Below are positions 1 to 14,185 of a stretch of 64,000 nt of DNA, one piece after another. The first letter of the stretch is position 1. Every line of letters starts with the position of its first letter. The notes under the pieces were generated by a model, which worked only from the letters and a program-made list of their open reading frames with translations, was not told the DNA's origin and ran no database searches. The stretch comes from Marsupella aquatica (taxonomy: Eukaryota > Plantae > Marchantiophyta), in assembly GCA_973895155.1 (NCBI GenBank), contig OZ316899.1, positions 11,808,734 to 11,872,733 of the forward strand, read 5' to 3'. Both the position numbers and the translations under genes were made by a program.

Positions 1-2077
1 GCACAACCAAAACCCCAGGACCTGCAAGGGGAAGTTAAAACGCAGGGGCTTTGCAGCCCAGGGACAACAACAATAAAGGGCCATCCACACCAGACACAGT
101 CTCATCCAGAGGAGGTCCGTACATTACGTTTATGTAGCCAGACCATTCTTTCCTGGTTAAGGATTTCTTTCACTCTTAGCAATCTAGTGTGTTGCGACCC
201 CGGAGGCAAGCACAAACCAACAACAGTCACATGATCAGCCGCTTCTGATAAAATAAATCTAAGGTCAAATTTCCTGCAGCCGTTGGCCTGAAACATTTGT
301 GTATTTTGCCGCAACCAAAGAGACCAGAGGATCTGATAAAATACAAATAATTTAGCCACCCTCAACTGATCTTTCCGGACAGTCAAATCTTCCATCACCA
401 ACAGCTGATCCAAGTAATCAATGAAGGTGCCAAGGAAGCAACCAGCTCCTAGGGCCCAACACATTCTAGCATGCACACACTGGGTAAAAAGGTGGGGAAT
501 TCTTTCAATGACTCCAATACACAATTTGCAGTGTCCATCACCCTTGCCAATGCAAGCGGCTCTTACCCTAGTGAACAGCCCAGATGCCAAAATACTCCAT
601 ATGAATGTCTTGGCTCGGGAAGACAAGTCAAAACCCCACAGTTGTGCCTAGCTCGTGTTCCATTCTAAATCTGTTTTGGTGCAACCCCAAGTCCGGTTTA
701 GAGTGGCATAGTCATCAACAGCAGGGCAAATGAGAATATAGGCCCTCCGGTTATAATCCTAAAAGCCTTCAGTGCAGTCGGTCGGTCCACCCAACACTAG
801 ACGCCCGGTGCCAGCTCATGATGCATGCTGCAGCCCACTATTGTCCTGATCTTCCCAAAAAATTCTCTAAAATAGTCCTTCGCTCTCACTATGCATCCTT
901 TGATGTGTTCTAGCACTCCATCCAGATTCCGCCACTCATTCGATTCAATGTCCCACAGATTCTGAATACACTTAACATCCATGCAACCACACAGAATCAT
1001 GACCATAGCATAATCCTGATTTGACCAGGATTGAAGGCCCTTGAAGCATCACAGGGTATCGTTAACATTCCATCTCCCGGGCATCACATGAGAAGACAAA
1101 AAGATCAACTGCGCACAAATCTGAATCCATGCATTCCATAATCCTCTTGTGTATGGCATACCATTAAACAAACGAGGGCAGCACAATAGCATCTTGTCTG
1201 GGAAGGAATACTTATTCTTGCAGATCAATTTGAAATTCTGCCACCCTACCAACTTCAGGTTGTCAGCAAAAAGGCAGGCCCATTCAGTATGGGGAGAGTC
1301 AAGAGCCCCAGTGAACTACTTGGAAAGAAGAGCATCTGAGTGACACCAAAAATCTTTGAAGCCAAGTCCTCCCTCCACTCCGCCTAACCATCCGATCCCA
1401 TGAAACCATAGGTACTCGCTTGCCCCCCTCCGGGTTGTATCCCCACAGAAAATCTTTGTATAGTGCAATCAGTTTCTTTGCCAAACCCTCTGAGGCCTTT
1501 AAAAACATTGAGTGGTATATGGGAATAGCCTATAGTACATGTCTGACTAACAGTACTCTTCCTGAAAAGGACAGGAGCTTGTTTGCCCATGAAGATAGTT
1601 GCACTCCAACCTTGTCCAGAACAAAACAATGCCAGTTGATCGGTCCTCAGATCCACTCCCAAAGGGGCACCCAAGTACTTATGTATCTCCCTGATTTTGC
1701 TAATCAGGCATCCAGTGTTTGTCAGCCAACGAGGGTTAGATAGAATAGCTAAGGGAATCACTACGGATTTTCTCAGATTAAGTTTCGCTCCTGTACCTGT
1801 CTCGTAACAATTCAGCACAATTCTTGCTCTTTGAAAACTACTCTCAGTAGCAGGAATGAACATTCCTAGATCATCTGCAAAAAATCTGTAGCAGATTGTT
1901 AGTGCCTCATAAATTTTAATCCCTAGTAACTTGCTAGCCTTCAGTTCCGCATCCATAAGATCCATAAGTGGTTGAGTTGATATGACAAAAAGCAACGGTG
2001 ATAACAGACATCCCTGTCTGACTCCACGATTCAGCCCAATGGTCTCAGAAAGCAGGCCATTCACCATTGCTCTTGAT

Positions 2078-4515
2078 TGTGACGCCAATGACATGGTCCT
2101 TATTCTGTAATCTGATTAAGTAGGTTGCTGTATGCAAGGAGTAGCTATTGATATTGCATAACAATTAGCAAGATGGCAAGAATAAGGGCAATCATGGCAT
2201 TAAGAGTAGGGAAATAAAAGCTATGTCGCGGGTGGTTGGCGACCATATCTCTTTCAATATGTCACCAAATCCGGATCTGTAAAGAGCATTGGAAAGATCT
2301 GGTCAAGGCGAGTAAAATCGATATAAACCACTCAAGAAACGGAGGTGTATTAAGGAAGATACGACCTAATTAGTGTGACGGGTTAACTTGTGGCCGGAAT
2401 TAGCGGATTCGACTTCAGTTTCGGGTTAACCCAAGCTCGGCCATGGCTTAGCTTAGGTAAGCACGGCTTCAGCTTAGCTCAAGTAAGCACGGCTTCAACT
2501 TAGCTCAGGTAAGCACGGCTTCAACTTAGCTCAGGTAAGCACGGCTTCAGCTTAGGCTTAACCCGGGTTCGGATTAGATTGATCCCGGGGTAGACTGAAC
2601 TTGGGTTAGCCTAAACTTGGGCTCGGGTTAGCATAGGCAAGATTGGGTTTGGGCTTAGCTTAGCCTAGGTTAGCGGATAGTGGGTAGCGGCCTAACCCGA
2701 GACCACGGATTAGCTCTACTCGGGCTAGATAGGATAGCTAGGTTAGTCGAACTCGGGTTAGCTATGTAACTCGGGTTAGCGCAGCAGTGAGTACCCTCTC
2801 TTGGTTGCGGGGGCATAACTCTCTGTGTATTTGACCAAATTGGCTATAATTGACCTCGTTGGAAAGAGGAGCTCAAGCCGCTTCCAACGCTGCTATCCAT
2901 GCAGCAAATGGTTGAATAGAGAAATCGGGAGAGGAGGCACAAGCTCTCAAAAACCATGGAGGAGGGCCAAATCCGAAGTACATAGCCAATTCGAGATAGA
3001 AATAAAGTTGCGAGTTAGGGTTCAGTAGTTAGAGATAGAGGCGGATCTGTTAGGGTTGGGGTGGGGCTCCAACAGCGTAGTATCCACCCATTTGGGCTCA
3101 GTACGAGAGTATATAGAGCAGCCCCCCGGTAGAGGCAAGGGGGGGACTTCAGTTGTGTGATCTCACGTAGACTGAGCAACAGGGAGGAGCTCTGTGCAAG
3201 GAAGGTTGGGCTTGGAAGCTGTGTGTTGGGGAGAGCTTGGTTGTGCTATTACTCACGGAGTAATCAGCCACGCTTCACAACAATAGTTGGCCAGGTTTGC
3301 AAGCTGGATTGTGGCTCTTTCTAGTAGGCAACACGACTGGGTTCTTTTTCCCCGATACAGAGCCTTGGTGATAGGTGATGTGTTGGTGATTGTAAACTGT
3401 GGGGAGGATTTCAATGTGATTTGCGGTGAGCACATTAGGAAGGCTGAGACACTGATTGAGGGGCAGCAGGAGGAGCATTTACAGTTCAGTCTGGCAAGGC
3501 TACGTGATCCATGGGGAGTCCCGGCCTTTGTCTGGTAGAGAGCACTAAGGGATTTATGGCCAGACCTGAGCTTGCAGGGCAAGTGTGAGGCCGGGCCTCA
3601 TTGCAGTCTGGGATAGATTGTCGTTAGGCCTAGTACCAGCTTTGAAGTCGAGCAACTGTGCATGCGTAACTTGACGTTCTAAATTGGAGGTGTGAGATCT
3701 GTATGTGCCCCCAAGAATGAAGTGCAGTGAAGGAGGTTGAGTTCAGGATTGAGTTTGCAAGGCAAGTACGGGATTGGTTTGAGTCCAATCTGCCGTCACA
3801 ATCTGGAGTGAGTCGGGCTCAGGTTCATGATTGAGCTTGCATGGCAAGCACGGGGCTTGCAGGGCAAGCACGTCGCAATCTGGAGGAGACAGCCTTCGGG
3901 CCTATTGTTCGGATCAAGTGTTCTCAGTGAACTATTGTGCACATCTTTGAATCTAATTGAGTTTTCCTCTCAGGCCTCATTTCTCTCATGGATGTGTGTG
4001 TATGTGTGAGGCAATCTGAGTGTATGATGGGACTAGTAGCGCCACTGAGAGGTGTATCGGGTGCATTGAAGTGGGTTGGGTGAGGGCTATCACAGCTCTG
4101 ATTGCTGAGAGTGGAATGACAGAGTGTGGGGCAATGGCTTAGAAGTCCCTAAGCCGGGAATCAGTCAGGAGTCATTGGTTTATGGGTACATTCCGATGGC
4201 GGAATAGAAATATATTTATGACAGTAAGCATACGTATAGACATATGCACACCATAGCGCTCCTTGTGTGTACGGGCCCGATATGAAGACCCCTTCTCACC
4301 AGAACTATCATGAGCACATGATCTGATTCCCAACTTTGGTTCTTAGGGATTGAGCTTGGGTGATGTGTGACGGAGTCTGGCTATGATAGTCTGGTGTTAA
4401 GGGCATAAACTGGTGTTTACCGGCCTTCACATCATCCCTTCATGATCCTCAGGTACAAGGAGATGGTTTCGGCACCCAATAGTGACGGTTTTGGTGTTGA
4501 GACCCATGTCAATCA
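2078..4515. mobile_element. Probable solo LTR (2438 bp) inserted in the LINE RT
   Basis: Begins TG(TGACG) and ends (AAT)CA; flanked by TGAT (2074-2077) and CGAT (4516-4519). Removing it restores RT reading ...LLMGATS-RAMVNG.... No convincing coding capacity. TATA-like GTATATAG near 3109-3116. Confidence 0.7.
2457..2556. repeat. Tandem repeat, 26-bp unit GCACGGCTTCA(A/G)CTTAGCTCA(A/G)GTAA, about 3.7 copies
   Basis: Seen directly; followed by a degenerate GGGTTAG/GCTTAG-rich array to about 2780. Confidence 0.85.
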
Positions 4516-6687
4516 CGATGTAGCGCCCATTAATAATGCTTGAACCAGCTCAATAAAGTGACTACTTATCCCTAGTAGATGCATCGTCTCCCAGATGTAT
4601 TCGTGATTAACTCTATCAAATGTCTTCTCAAAGTCCAATTTGAGAAACAAAGATTCTTGTTTCATGTTCTTCACCCAATCACACGTTAACCAAGCAAGTG
4701 ATATGTTCTCCAAAATGTTCCTTCCAAGGATAAACCCTGTTTGTTGAGCGTTTACCAATTTAGGTAGTATAAGCTTCAGCCTATTTGCTACAATCTTAGC
4801 AATGAGTTTGTATATCATATTCAACATAGTCAGAGGTCTCCAATCCTTCAGGAACCGCTTATCTGGTTTCTTAGGGATAAACTTGATGATCCCATCTTTT
4901 ATCCCGACAGCCAATTCACCAGTCAGCCAAAAAACCTGTACCATAGCAGTCAGGTCTCCTTGAATGAGCTCCCAACAAGCCTTGTACACCTCAGCAATCA
5001 TCCCATCTGGTCCAGGTGTCTTATCCAGTGGCAGAAGCAATAAAGTTTCTTTTATTTCCTTGCATTCCGGGAGTTTTTCCATCCTTCTCAAGTCCGCAAT
5101 GGATAGAGAGTGTCTTGTATGAGCCAGCAAAGCTCTCCTCGCTTGCAACATTGCCCCAGTCTCAACTGCTGCAGCAATAGGGGCATACAATTCTTCACAC
5201 TGTTTGACCACTTCTTTCATAATCAGCCCTGGATCCGTGATCTCTAGTCCTCCTTCAATTATCAGAGCCTTCATGCTCTCCCTGTTTTACTTGGCTTTCA
5301 CTATGGCAAAATAAAACTTAGAAGGCTCATCTCCTTCCCCCAACCACTTAATCCAAGCAAGCCGCCTCCCAATGTGAGCTTCTTCTAATTCCGCTGCATG
5401 AAGCTGATCCTCGACATCTATGTATGCACTCAAATCTTCCACAAACTGCTCCTCAAGCAAGGAGATTTTGAGTAAACAAAGTTTGTTTCATAAAAATTCC
5501 ATTTCTTCATAACGATCTTGGAGAGCTCTGTTTCCTCCTATACATCTTCCGCATGTTAGAGTGTGCCTTATCAAATGCAAGAAGGGGGTCCGTGCAAACC
5601 CCCTTGCCTCGTCTCCAAGCTGCTTCCAACTCTTCCCAAAAGTTCCTATTTTTGACCACAGCTGGATTAGCTTTGAACCGCACCGCCCTGGTTGGTGCCA
5701 AATAGCCAGCCCTATCACCTAGTTGGAAGTGCAGCACCATCGGGTCATGATCTGAGAGCACCGAGCCACCATCATGTATCAAGTCCACTTCTCCTAGCCA
5801 TTCTCCTTTTTTGCTGATGTAGAATCTGTCTAACCTTGATTGTACTGTCACATTATTCCTGCAACAACGCCACATAAACCTAGCGCCCGTAGCAGTGCCC
5901 TTGATCTGAATATCATCAACTAGATCAAACCTTACCTTCAAGAATTGCCACAGCTCCGCTTCCCCGCCCGTGATCAGTGGTGAAATGCCTGTAGAGTCAT
6001 TGCAGGTTTCTGTCATGTTAAAGTCACCACCCAGAATCCAATTCCCCTGGGGGAGGTTGTCCTTGAGCTCATTCCAAAGGCTTGCATGAAGCCGGGACAT
6101 GTTTGACGCATAGATACTTACCACACCAAAGGTGTGTCCCTCCAAGGCAACTAGTGCTCATATAGCACGTCCCAAATCCACTATTTTCAAGTCCGGGTGT
6201 AGCAACGGTGCCGATTCTCCACGCCCCTCGTCTGGTGCTGAAGTCAAGTATTGGTACAAAGGCAAGATAGCTCTGAGAGCAATATCCAGGCTAAATTGCT
6301 CAACCTTGATTTCTTGTAATGCCAAAATGTCAATTCTTTCCTTCAACCCCAATTTCAAGAATACCAGTATATTGGTTAAATTCCAGTTTTTGCTAAATAC
6401 AATTTAATTCATCACCCTTAATTAGATTAATCAAATTAATTGATAATGAAGTTTAGACCATCATGAAACTAGACACCAAGAGTAAATAATGATCTTTGAG
6501 GAATATTGCTTTGACATCCATAGTGGGACAGAATCATGTAAAACCAACTTATCAATACAACAACCAAAATTTACAAACAATTCACACATCATTTTACATA
6601 AATATGAATTTTATTAAATGGGGTAATACATGTTTACATCAATTTGTGTACTAAGTGACACTTACAACTAGAAGGAATGATTGAAAC

Positions 6688-7048
6688 GAGGTGTTTACAA
6701 AAGACAGCAAACAGGAAACAGGATTTAATAACGGAAACTGATAATAGGAAAAAAAACTGGTAACAGGAAAATGGGTGGAAATTTTTTTCAATTTTTTTTC
6801 AATTTTTTTTTTCAATTTTTTTTTTGAGAAAAAAAAAGTTTTTTTCTTGGTCAACCAGTTTTTTTTGCCAGCGCCCAAAGCTAGCCAAAAATGTTGCATT
6901 GTTAATTTTTTTTGGAAATAATATGTTTTAGGAGACATTTTTAAATTGTCATTTTTCCTGGTAACAGTGATTTTTTCTTGGTAACAGCATATTAAAAACA
7001 GGAAAAAAAATTCCTGTTTACCTGTTTCCTGTCTCTGTCGCTATACCC
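6688..7048. mobile_element. Probable MITE (hAT- or Mutator-like, 361 bp)
   Basis: 8-bp direct repeat ATTGAAAC at 6680-6687 and 7049-7056. Inverted repeats GACAGCAAACAGGAAACAGG (6703-6722) and CCTGTTTCCTGTCTCTGTC (7021-7039). AT-rich interior with repeated GGTAACAG. Confidence 0.55.
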
Positions 7049-7734
7049 ATTGAAACCTTCGGTCCCATGCTAAGTCAGCGTAACTCTATTATCCTAATGC
7101 GCATATGATTTGTCACCTAAATCTACCCTAGACCCTAAGTACTACTAAACTTAAATAAGTAACTAATAGACAGTGTATCTACTTTTATTGGGGCCTGTAT
7201 TGGCCTAACCTCATTCTTGGTTAACCATGCTAAGTAGCCTCTACTTGTTTACATCTCTCAAGATTATCTTGTGCTTTTGCAACAACAGATTTAGGAATTC
7301 AAACCAAACCACTTTTAGTGTTTCGAGACTTGAAACACCACAAAACACTATTCCTTGTTATTTTGTGAGGCTCTAGATATTCTCGTTCATCCCGCTCCCA
7401 TTTCTTACTCCAACAATTTTTCCATCTTTGTTTCTGTCCCACTTCACTCTTGCCCATATGAGGTCAAAACCACTCCACTGAACACACATGCTCAAGCTTG
7501 TTCTCATCATTCAGTTCTCCTTCTTCAACATCGCTCACCACTCGTCCCAAATGAACAGGGTAGTTCTCTATATCCTCTGTTGCTGGTCTTTGCAAGATAA
7601 AATGGCCCTTGACAATATTGTGATGCCTAGCCAGAATCACTAGGCCAGTTAAAATGGTAAAACCAGGACTGTACCCTGAAAACACATTAGTATAGTAACA
7701 AAAACAAGGAAAATATAAACAATTAAGGGTGACC

Positions 7735-10700
7735 ATGGAACCCGAGCCGAGGCCGGAAGTAAGGACGCCACGGCAGGGAACACAATTAGGGTTAGGCCGC
7801 GCTAAGTACCGGCGGCTAGGGGTAACCAACGGGAAGGAAGACCAGGCAAAGGGGGGGGGGGTTAGGACCGATCACAAGGAATGGCTGCTCATTTGCAAGC
7901 ACAAACTAAGCAGACAATTACGTGAGGCCAACTACTGTCAGCTGCTTAGGCAAGCACTCTGGGCGGGAGCAGATACCGACTATCAACTCATGGAGGGTAT
8001 GAGCAACGTCAATCAAGCTGCTCATTTTTGGGGATGCCTATTCGAATGGGCAACTAAGTACATTGGGACCTACAAGGACAAAGAATTGGAAAGGGCAGCT
8101 TGAGAACGGCAGGAGCTCGCTTGACTGTGGGAGCTGCAAAAGTCTACCTTCCTAGGAGGAGAGCTTATCAAGGCCGAGTTCTTGTGGACTCCTACTACCA
8201 ATCAGCTTGACGACCTTCTGTTTTGTGAAAACAGAATCGTCGGCATCCGAGAAGCCATCAACTGCTGCAACGAGATACATTGGGAGATGAAGGGTAGCAC
8301 GGAGGTGTGGACAAAGGCAATCGTGCTTGGAGAAACATCCATGGCAGCCAATTTGAAGAGGAAAGGGTACAACAACAAAGAGGCCACCCCTGCAAAGAGA
8401 ATGAGGTTGGCGGCACCAAGGAAGCCAACCGAGCAGGGAAGCAAGAAGCAGGGAGAAGCCAAAGAAGAGGAGGTTGACCCCATCAATGCCGTTCCAACAA
8501 GGGATGACACCTGGAGAGGCTGGGCGGCAACCCTCCCCAAGGAAGTGCAATTATACTTTGCACGAGAGGAGGATGTATGCTTTACGGCTATGCAGACTCG
8601 GAAGTTCCAGGACTTCATGGCCGGATCCGGCTTGGAAGCTTTCGTAAAATTACCGTGGCTGAAGCCGGAGGTGCCGGATTTTGACTTATTAGAATTCGTG
8701 GGATCATGGGATCCCGAGACAAATTCCGCAAGGGTGTATGGGAAGGATTTCTATCTCACTCCCCAGGTGATTGTCGATGGGCAATAAGACCAAAGTAGAT
8801 ACCATGAAGACCTTGCCAGACAAGGAGTTCCGGTCGTTCCCAGGGCCATCAACAAAGAATGGCTTCTTCCGGAACACCTACACCAACCCGCACATTGGGG
8901 AGATGATTGATTTCTTGCGGGTAACCATGCACTACAACCTGCCGAGGCCAGAGATCGGCACGGCACAAGTCTACCTGGCGGAGAGGCCAGACCCAAGCTG
9001 GGACTACAACGGGTACCTCCTCACCCAACTGAAGAAGATCTTGAAGGAGGAACAACAAGTGATCGGCAAGGGAAGTGTGTCCCGGCTTGGCTATCACATG
9101 CCGCGTTGTGGTGGTATGCTTGGAGTTAGATCTTTGCCCCAGTACTTCCCCTACAGGCAAGGGCACCAAAGGAGGTTCCAGACTAGAGGCTGGCAGCAAA
9201 GAAACCCAACCAGCCCGGCAGTCCTACAATCGAGCAAGTGTTTAGGCCAAAGACGGAAGACTTGCCGATGGAGCAACCAAGCATGCAGAATCTTCTGAAA
9301 TTGCTGGAGAAGGAAAAGAGGGCTGCAACGGCAATGGCACCGGTACAGGACACTGCTCTAGAGGTAGGCCTAAGCCGACTTACAAGGGAAAACCCCTTTA
9401 CCGGAGCAAAGGAAAGAAGGAGGCCGGAACACAAGCCGGGGGTTCAAATGTATGTGGGAGCCGCGAGTCCAGAAGCCAAGGGAGAGCAACCCAAAGCTCC
9501 TGGTTGCGATAAGGAGAAGGAGAGATCAGCCTGGAAGCCGGAGGAGGAACCAGGACCCGTGAGCTGTGTTTGGCAAGAGGCCGTGTTCACAGCAAGACCA
9601 GGAGAGCAGCAGGGGGAGCCGGTAGTCCAAGCCGGGGAGGAGGTGGTGGAGGACTATGACAATGACAACTCCGGCTATGGGTCAGACCATCATGTCCCAA
9701 GAGTAAGGACATGTGGCCATTTCATCCCCATGCTTCCTAGAGTAGTTCAAGGGAACCCCACCCAGCAGACCAGCCCCGAGTCTCCCCCACCAGAGGTTGC
9801 TCCCCCGAGATTTGACGGGATAAAACAGACGGCATAGGAGTTTCAAGAGCGACTCAGGGAAGAAGAGAAGGCAACCCTGGCCAAAGAGAAGGATTTACCT
9901 GGGGGAGAATGGATAGGGGACATCCGACGGCTTGCAGAAAGACAAAGCAGCCCACCAATCACAATAGAAGAGATCCAAAAGGCGGCTTGGGAACAAAGGC
10001 CACCGTGGGTGATGCCGATGACTATTGCTCACTCCACCTATGCGCAAGAAAGAGCCATGGAGTACGGGGAGATGTGTGGGGAACTTGCGCTCAGCATCTT
10101 TGGAGACGAGTTGGAGCAGGGACCCTTTTTCCATAGGGAGATGTTGGAAAAACGCCGTTGGAGGAAGCGATGGCTTTGGAGAGGAGGAAGAAGGACAAGG
10201 TCATCCAACGGCTTAGGGAGAAGGAAGCCGAGGCAAAAGACCTCAAGGCAGCCAAGAAAGCCCAAGATGAGCTACGGATTAAGCGGCATGAGCTAAACAT
10301 CATGTAGGGGCAACTAGATACCGCTCAGTCTGATAATCAGATTATCAAGGATAAACTGACTCGGACCCAAGGGGAGTTGGCCGACGCGGTCAAGGAAAAG
10401 GAGAAGTGGAAGCAAGAGCTGAAGGACGCAGAGGAGGCCCACATAGCAACCAACAATCAGGCCATGGCGAAGACACAGAGGAAGGAGAGGGCGCTGAAGG
10501 GGGAGCTCAAGGATCTCCGTGGAGCCCTTGAGCAGAAGGAGGCCGAGTTAGGGAGATCCTATCAAGGGATTATTGTGCTACAGCAAGAGCTTGCATCCTT
10601 GACGGCCAGCTTCAAGGCCGACCTGCGTGAGAAGGACGACCAACTCAATCAGACTTACGCCAAGATGAACCAGATGGAGTCTGAGGTCATAATGGAGCTT

Positions 10701-11231
10701 GACAAGGAGCTAAGAGAAACCCAGGAAGAGAGGGCTGCCTTAAGAAAGGAATTGGAGGAAGCCTAGAAGGAGCTGGAGAAGGCACACAAGGACCTAGACA
10801 AACCACAAGAGGAGTTGGAGGAAAGCACGAGGAAGATGGAGAACTTACAACGGCGGGCCTACAACCAAACGGAGCGGCTGAAGAAACAAGCCGCAATATT
10901 TAAGTGCTTGGCTTCATCAGTTCAAACTCCAATTGTGGCAACAAAGTTGCCAGGGGTAGTACTAACCGAGGGACAAGCCGCAACACTCGCACCGGTGCCA
11001 AAGGTAAGTGGCAAGGGGAAGGGACCAGCTGCCAAACCAGGGGAGAAGAAGAAGTGGAAACCTTCTCGGTCAGGGAGCAACGTGGCTTCTCAAGCCACCG
11101 TGACCAAGGAGAACACGGCACCGACCTCAAGCAGGTTCATGGCAGAGGATTCAACTGTACTGGAAGGCGGGGATGGCAAGGCCGAGGCCGGGACAATCAT
11201 TGATGAAGCCGGGTATCAGATCCACCACTAG
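7735..11231 (+). pseudogene. Decayed long ORF resembling an LTR-retrotransposon accessory protein (plant transposon protein/PMD-like domain followed by long coiled coil)
   Basis: Collinear purine-rich plus-strand ORF pieces broken by stops and frameshifts (7729-8103, 8182-8787, 8771-9298, 9238-9837, 10377-10766, 10815-11231). Segment LEAFVKLPW...LLEFVGSWD...VYGKDFYLTPQVI resembles Athila/Tat-type accessory domains. 10377-10900 is an E/K/L heptad coiled coil. Confidence 0.5.
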
Positions 11232-12492
11232 AGCAGGTCAGGGAGGCCGTAGTCGGATCTGAGGCCGTAGCCAAAGCTGAGGCCGAAGCCGAGGGTGGAC
11301 CCGGTCAGGCCGCGGGAGAGTTGACTGGGTCTGGGGCAGGTAATCTGTGAGAGGACGGACCTACGGCAGTGGTTGCGGAGGAAGCATTGGGGCATCCATT
11401 GAGGATCAGCCACCGCTACCATGATGGTGGTGGAGGGCCGCTCCTTTTAAGGAGGGCGGACGTGGAGGGAGGAGGCATGAGTGGGCAAGGCGGGCGCAAA
11501 TCTCTAAGTTTAGAAATTAGGATCAGGACCAAGAGGCGGCCCTAACACTTAGACTAGTGGGATTGCGGATCCACTGGTAAGAGCAACACTTGTGCTCCTG
11601 CCTCGTTGTACATAGATAGATTACAATTAGGATAGATTAGGCTTACACTGCAAGGAATTAGGCGGATCCACTATCAGGATAAGTACCTGGGCAACGGGGA
11701 GTTCAGGGCCTTCTTCTTTAGCACGTTTTTAGTGCACCAACAGGGCTGGGATCAAGTAGTAAAAGAAGCTCTAGGTTAGTTATATAGAGACCCTTGTGTA
11801 TATTCATGTTTCCTCATGCCTAAGAGCTGAATAGAGTTGGCCTCACGGCTTAGTTTGCAGATCTTGTGTATGAGAAGTACTATTTGTATGGCAAATGCAT
11901 GGTATAACTCAGTCAGAAGGAGTCATTTTGCTATTTGTGTGTCGCATTAACTTGTTTGAAGATTGCCCACATCACCAAGAGAGAAGGGAAGTAAGCCAGG
12001 TAGTAAGAGTTGGATGTGTCAAGCTGAGATAGGTCTTAGCGGCTAACCCAAGCCAATCGGGGATCATTCCGGCGGCGAAATCCAAACATACCTAAAGGAA
12101 GACCAGGAGAGGAAGAGAAGGGAAGGCATAAAATAGGCCGTCTACTTGTCTCATGACCCGATGAAGGATCTATCCAGTATATGTGTGTAAAATGTTAGTA
12201 GAAGAGAGTTAGCAGCGTCCCATGCCACTAGTAGAAATACCCCCTATTTTTGACCAAACCACTATTGACTAATGTGACAAGGTTATGGAAGTTTAGGGTG
12301 TTATCACTACATATGTCTTAAGTATCACTTCTACAAACTATGCACTCATTTGGTGCGACTCCTTAGCAATGTTGACTTTACCTACTCTTTTGAATCACTC
12401 ATTGTTCAAGGGTACATTGAAGGTTCATTGTTCATGGTTGCCAAACATTCAAGCTGGTTATGTGAGAAAGTCTCAAATAGTAGAGGTACCCC

Positions 12493-12732
12493 ATTACATG
12501 AGCCCCTTATATGTCACTAACTCCGGAACATGAGCCCCTTGCATGTCACTAGCTCCTTACATGAGCCCTTGACATCTCACTAGCTCCTTTATACGAGCCC
12601 CTTACATGTCACTGGCTCCTTTACATGAGCCCTTGACATGTCACTAGCTCCTTTATATGAGCCCCTTACATATCACTAGCTCCTTTACATGAGCCCCTTA
12701 TATGTCACTGGCTCCCTTACATGTCACTGGCT
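12493..12732. repeat. Subterminal tandem array, about 31-32 bp unit TTACATGAGCCCCTTACATGTCACTAGCTCC, about 7 copies
   Basis: Seen directly, about 270 bp inside the CACTA-A TIR. Confidence 0.85.
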
Positions 12733-14185
12733 GAGTACATTAATTAGTACTCTCCACCCTTGTGCACAGGAGCGAATGTTCAAGGTCTTTGTCCACGAAG
12801 AGGGTTTAGGGAGAGGGGAGGAGGAGCGAGTGAGTGAGCGCAGCTGAGTGTCAATTGATCAAGGCGGGAACGAAGGTCCCTGCAGAAACGGTGGGATTTG
12901 GTGTGCAGTGTGTCGAGATTTCTTCCCGCTACCACTCTAGAGCCTTTAGGAAGGAGGAAGAGTTTACGACCACAGTTTTGAAGGCGCGACGTCAGTGATT
13001 TCCAGTCGGCTGCTAAGTGCATTTGCGAGTGCTTCCCGAAGGCATTGCGGGGGCATTGCAGTCAGTTATTTTAGGGTCAGAGCATAAGTTTGTGGTGCGG
13101 GGGTCCGTCTTCTGCCATCTGCTTTGTAAGTACTTACCTCTTTGCCTTGCGGAACATTGGAATGGAGCTTTGCATGTCTACTATCACAATGCTTGCTTGC
13201 GGTTTAGACAATGCACAAATGCGCCGTAGACTTACTCTTTGCCTTGCGTGAAGCCTTGCGTAGCATTGGAGTTGAGTTCTATCACATTGCACTCGGCTGT
13301 TGAATCCACCTCAATCCGTGAAGCTAAGGTGCGGCAGTCTTTGTGAATCGGCTGGGGTACAGCGCGACTTAGCACGAGGAGCGGGTTGTCACTTTGTTGA
13401 CTTTGGCAAAGCTCATGTTAAGCTGTGGTCATCCTAGTCTCCAACACCTCTACAAACTTGAGCTGCGGTGCCGGTCATCTCCGTCTCTCGTAGGGTCTGA
13501 CTGCTGCTATTGCCTTGCTTTCTTTCTCTTTGATATGCTATGGTAGGGCTAAGTTCTACTGGGTTCCCTGAGTTCTACAGGGTTTCCTCTCTTGCTCAAT
13601 TCTCTTCTCGCTCTCTCTCGCCCTCTCTCTCGGTCTCGCTCTTCCATCGTCTCCGCTCTCCATTGTCCTCTCTCCTGCAGATTTCTCTCTCTTGTGATCC
13701 TCAAGTACGAAGAAAATCTCTCCCTCTCTTATACACGCCCATCACTATAGCAATCTCAGGTCGGGGCCGGGGTCAAACTTGGATTTCACTATGGAAATGT
13801 AGATCACAGTATATTGTTGGCACTTTCATTCTGCTTTGGCTGTGAAGCTTGAATCACTAGTACATATTTAGCTGATTTCCGATGCTGAATTTTTGCAAAC
13901 AATTGGCGTCCGATTCTTTTAGAATCGGAAATTCCCATTATCACAAAATGGCAATATGCCATACTCTTGGCTTTGGATATCTTCATTTCCAATGTAATTA
14001 ACAACGAAACCTTTCCGATGCGGTAAAAAACGGATCATATCCGTTACAAAATACATCAGATCCCCTAACAAAAAATTTGATTGATATGTCCGATTTTTTT
14101 GTAACGGAAATGATGTGTGTTTCAATATTGATCGGAAAAGTTCCGTAGTTGATAAGAACGGATATTTTATCCGATTGTGGTAAAA

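Larger units (their letters stand above)
102..6358 (-). mobile_element. Degenerate LINE (L1/Tx1-like) ORF2 remnant, 5'-truncated and interrupted by the 2078-4515 insertion
   Basis: Minus-strand ORF fragments in canonical order: APE-type endonuclease (ILALQE, GDFN, SRLDRFY, SDHDP; 6358-5507), RT (KTPGPDG, DWRPLTMLN, KLDFEKTFDRVNH at 5274-4516; GVRQGCLLSPLLF, FFADD, KYLG at 2077-1384), C-terminal zf-RVT-like Cys/His region (CKLC...HLFTQC; 626-102). Multiple stops and frameshifts. Confidence 0.93.

Noticed and set aside
12493-12732. Regular ~31-bp repeats, and the 21-bp and 26-bp arrays, as possible CRISPR arrays
   Set aside because: Head-to-tail tandem units with no unique spacers, no cas genes, eukaryotic TE context.
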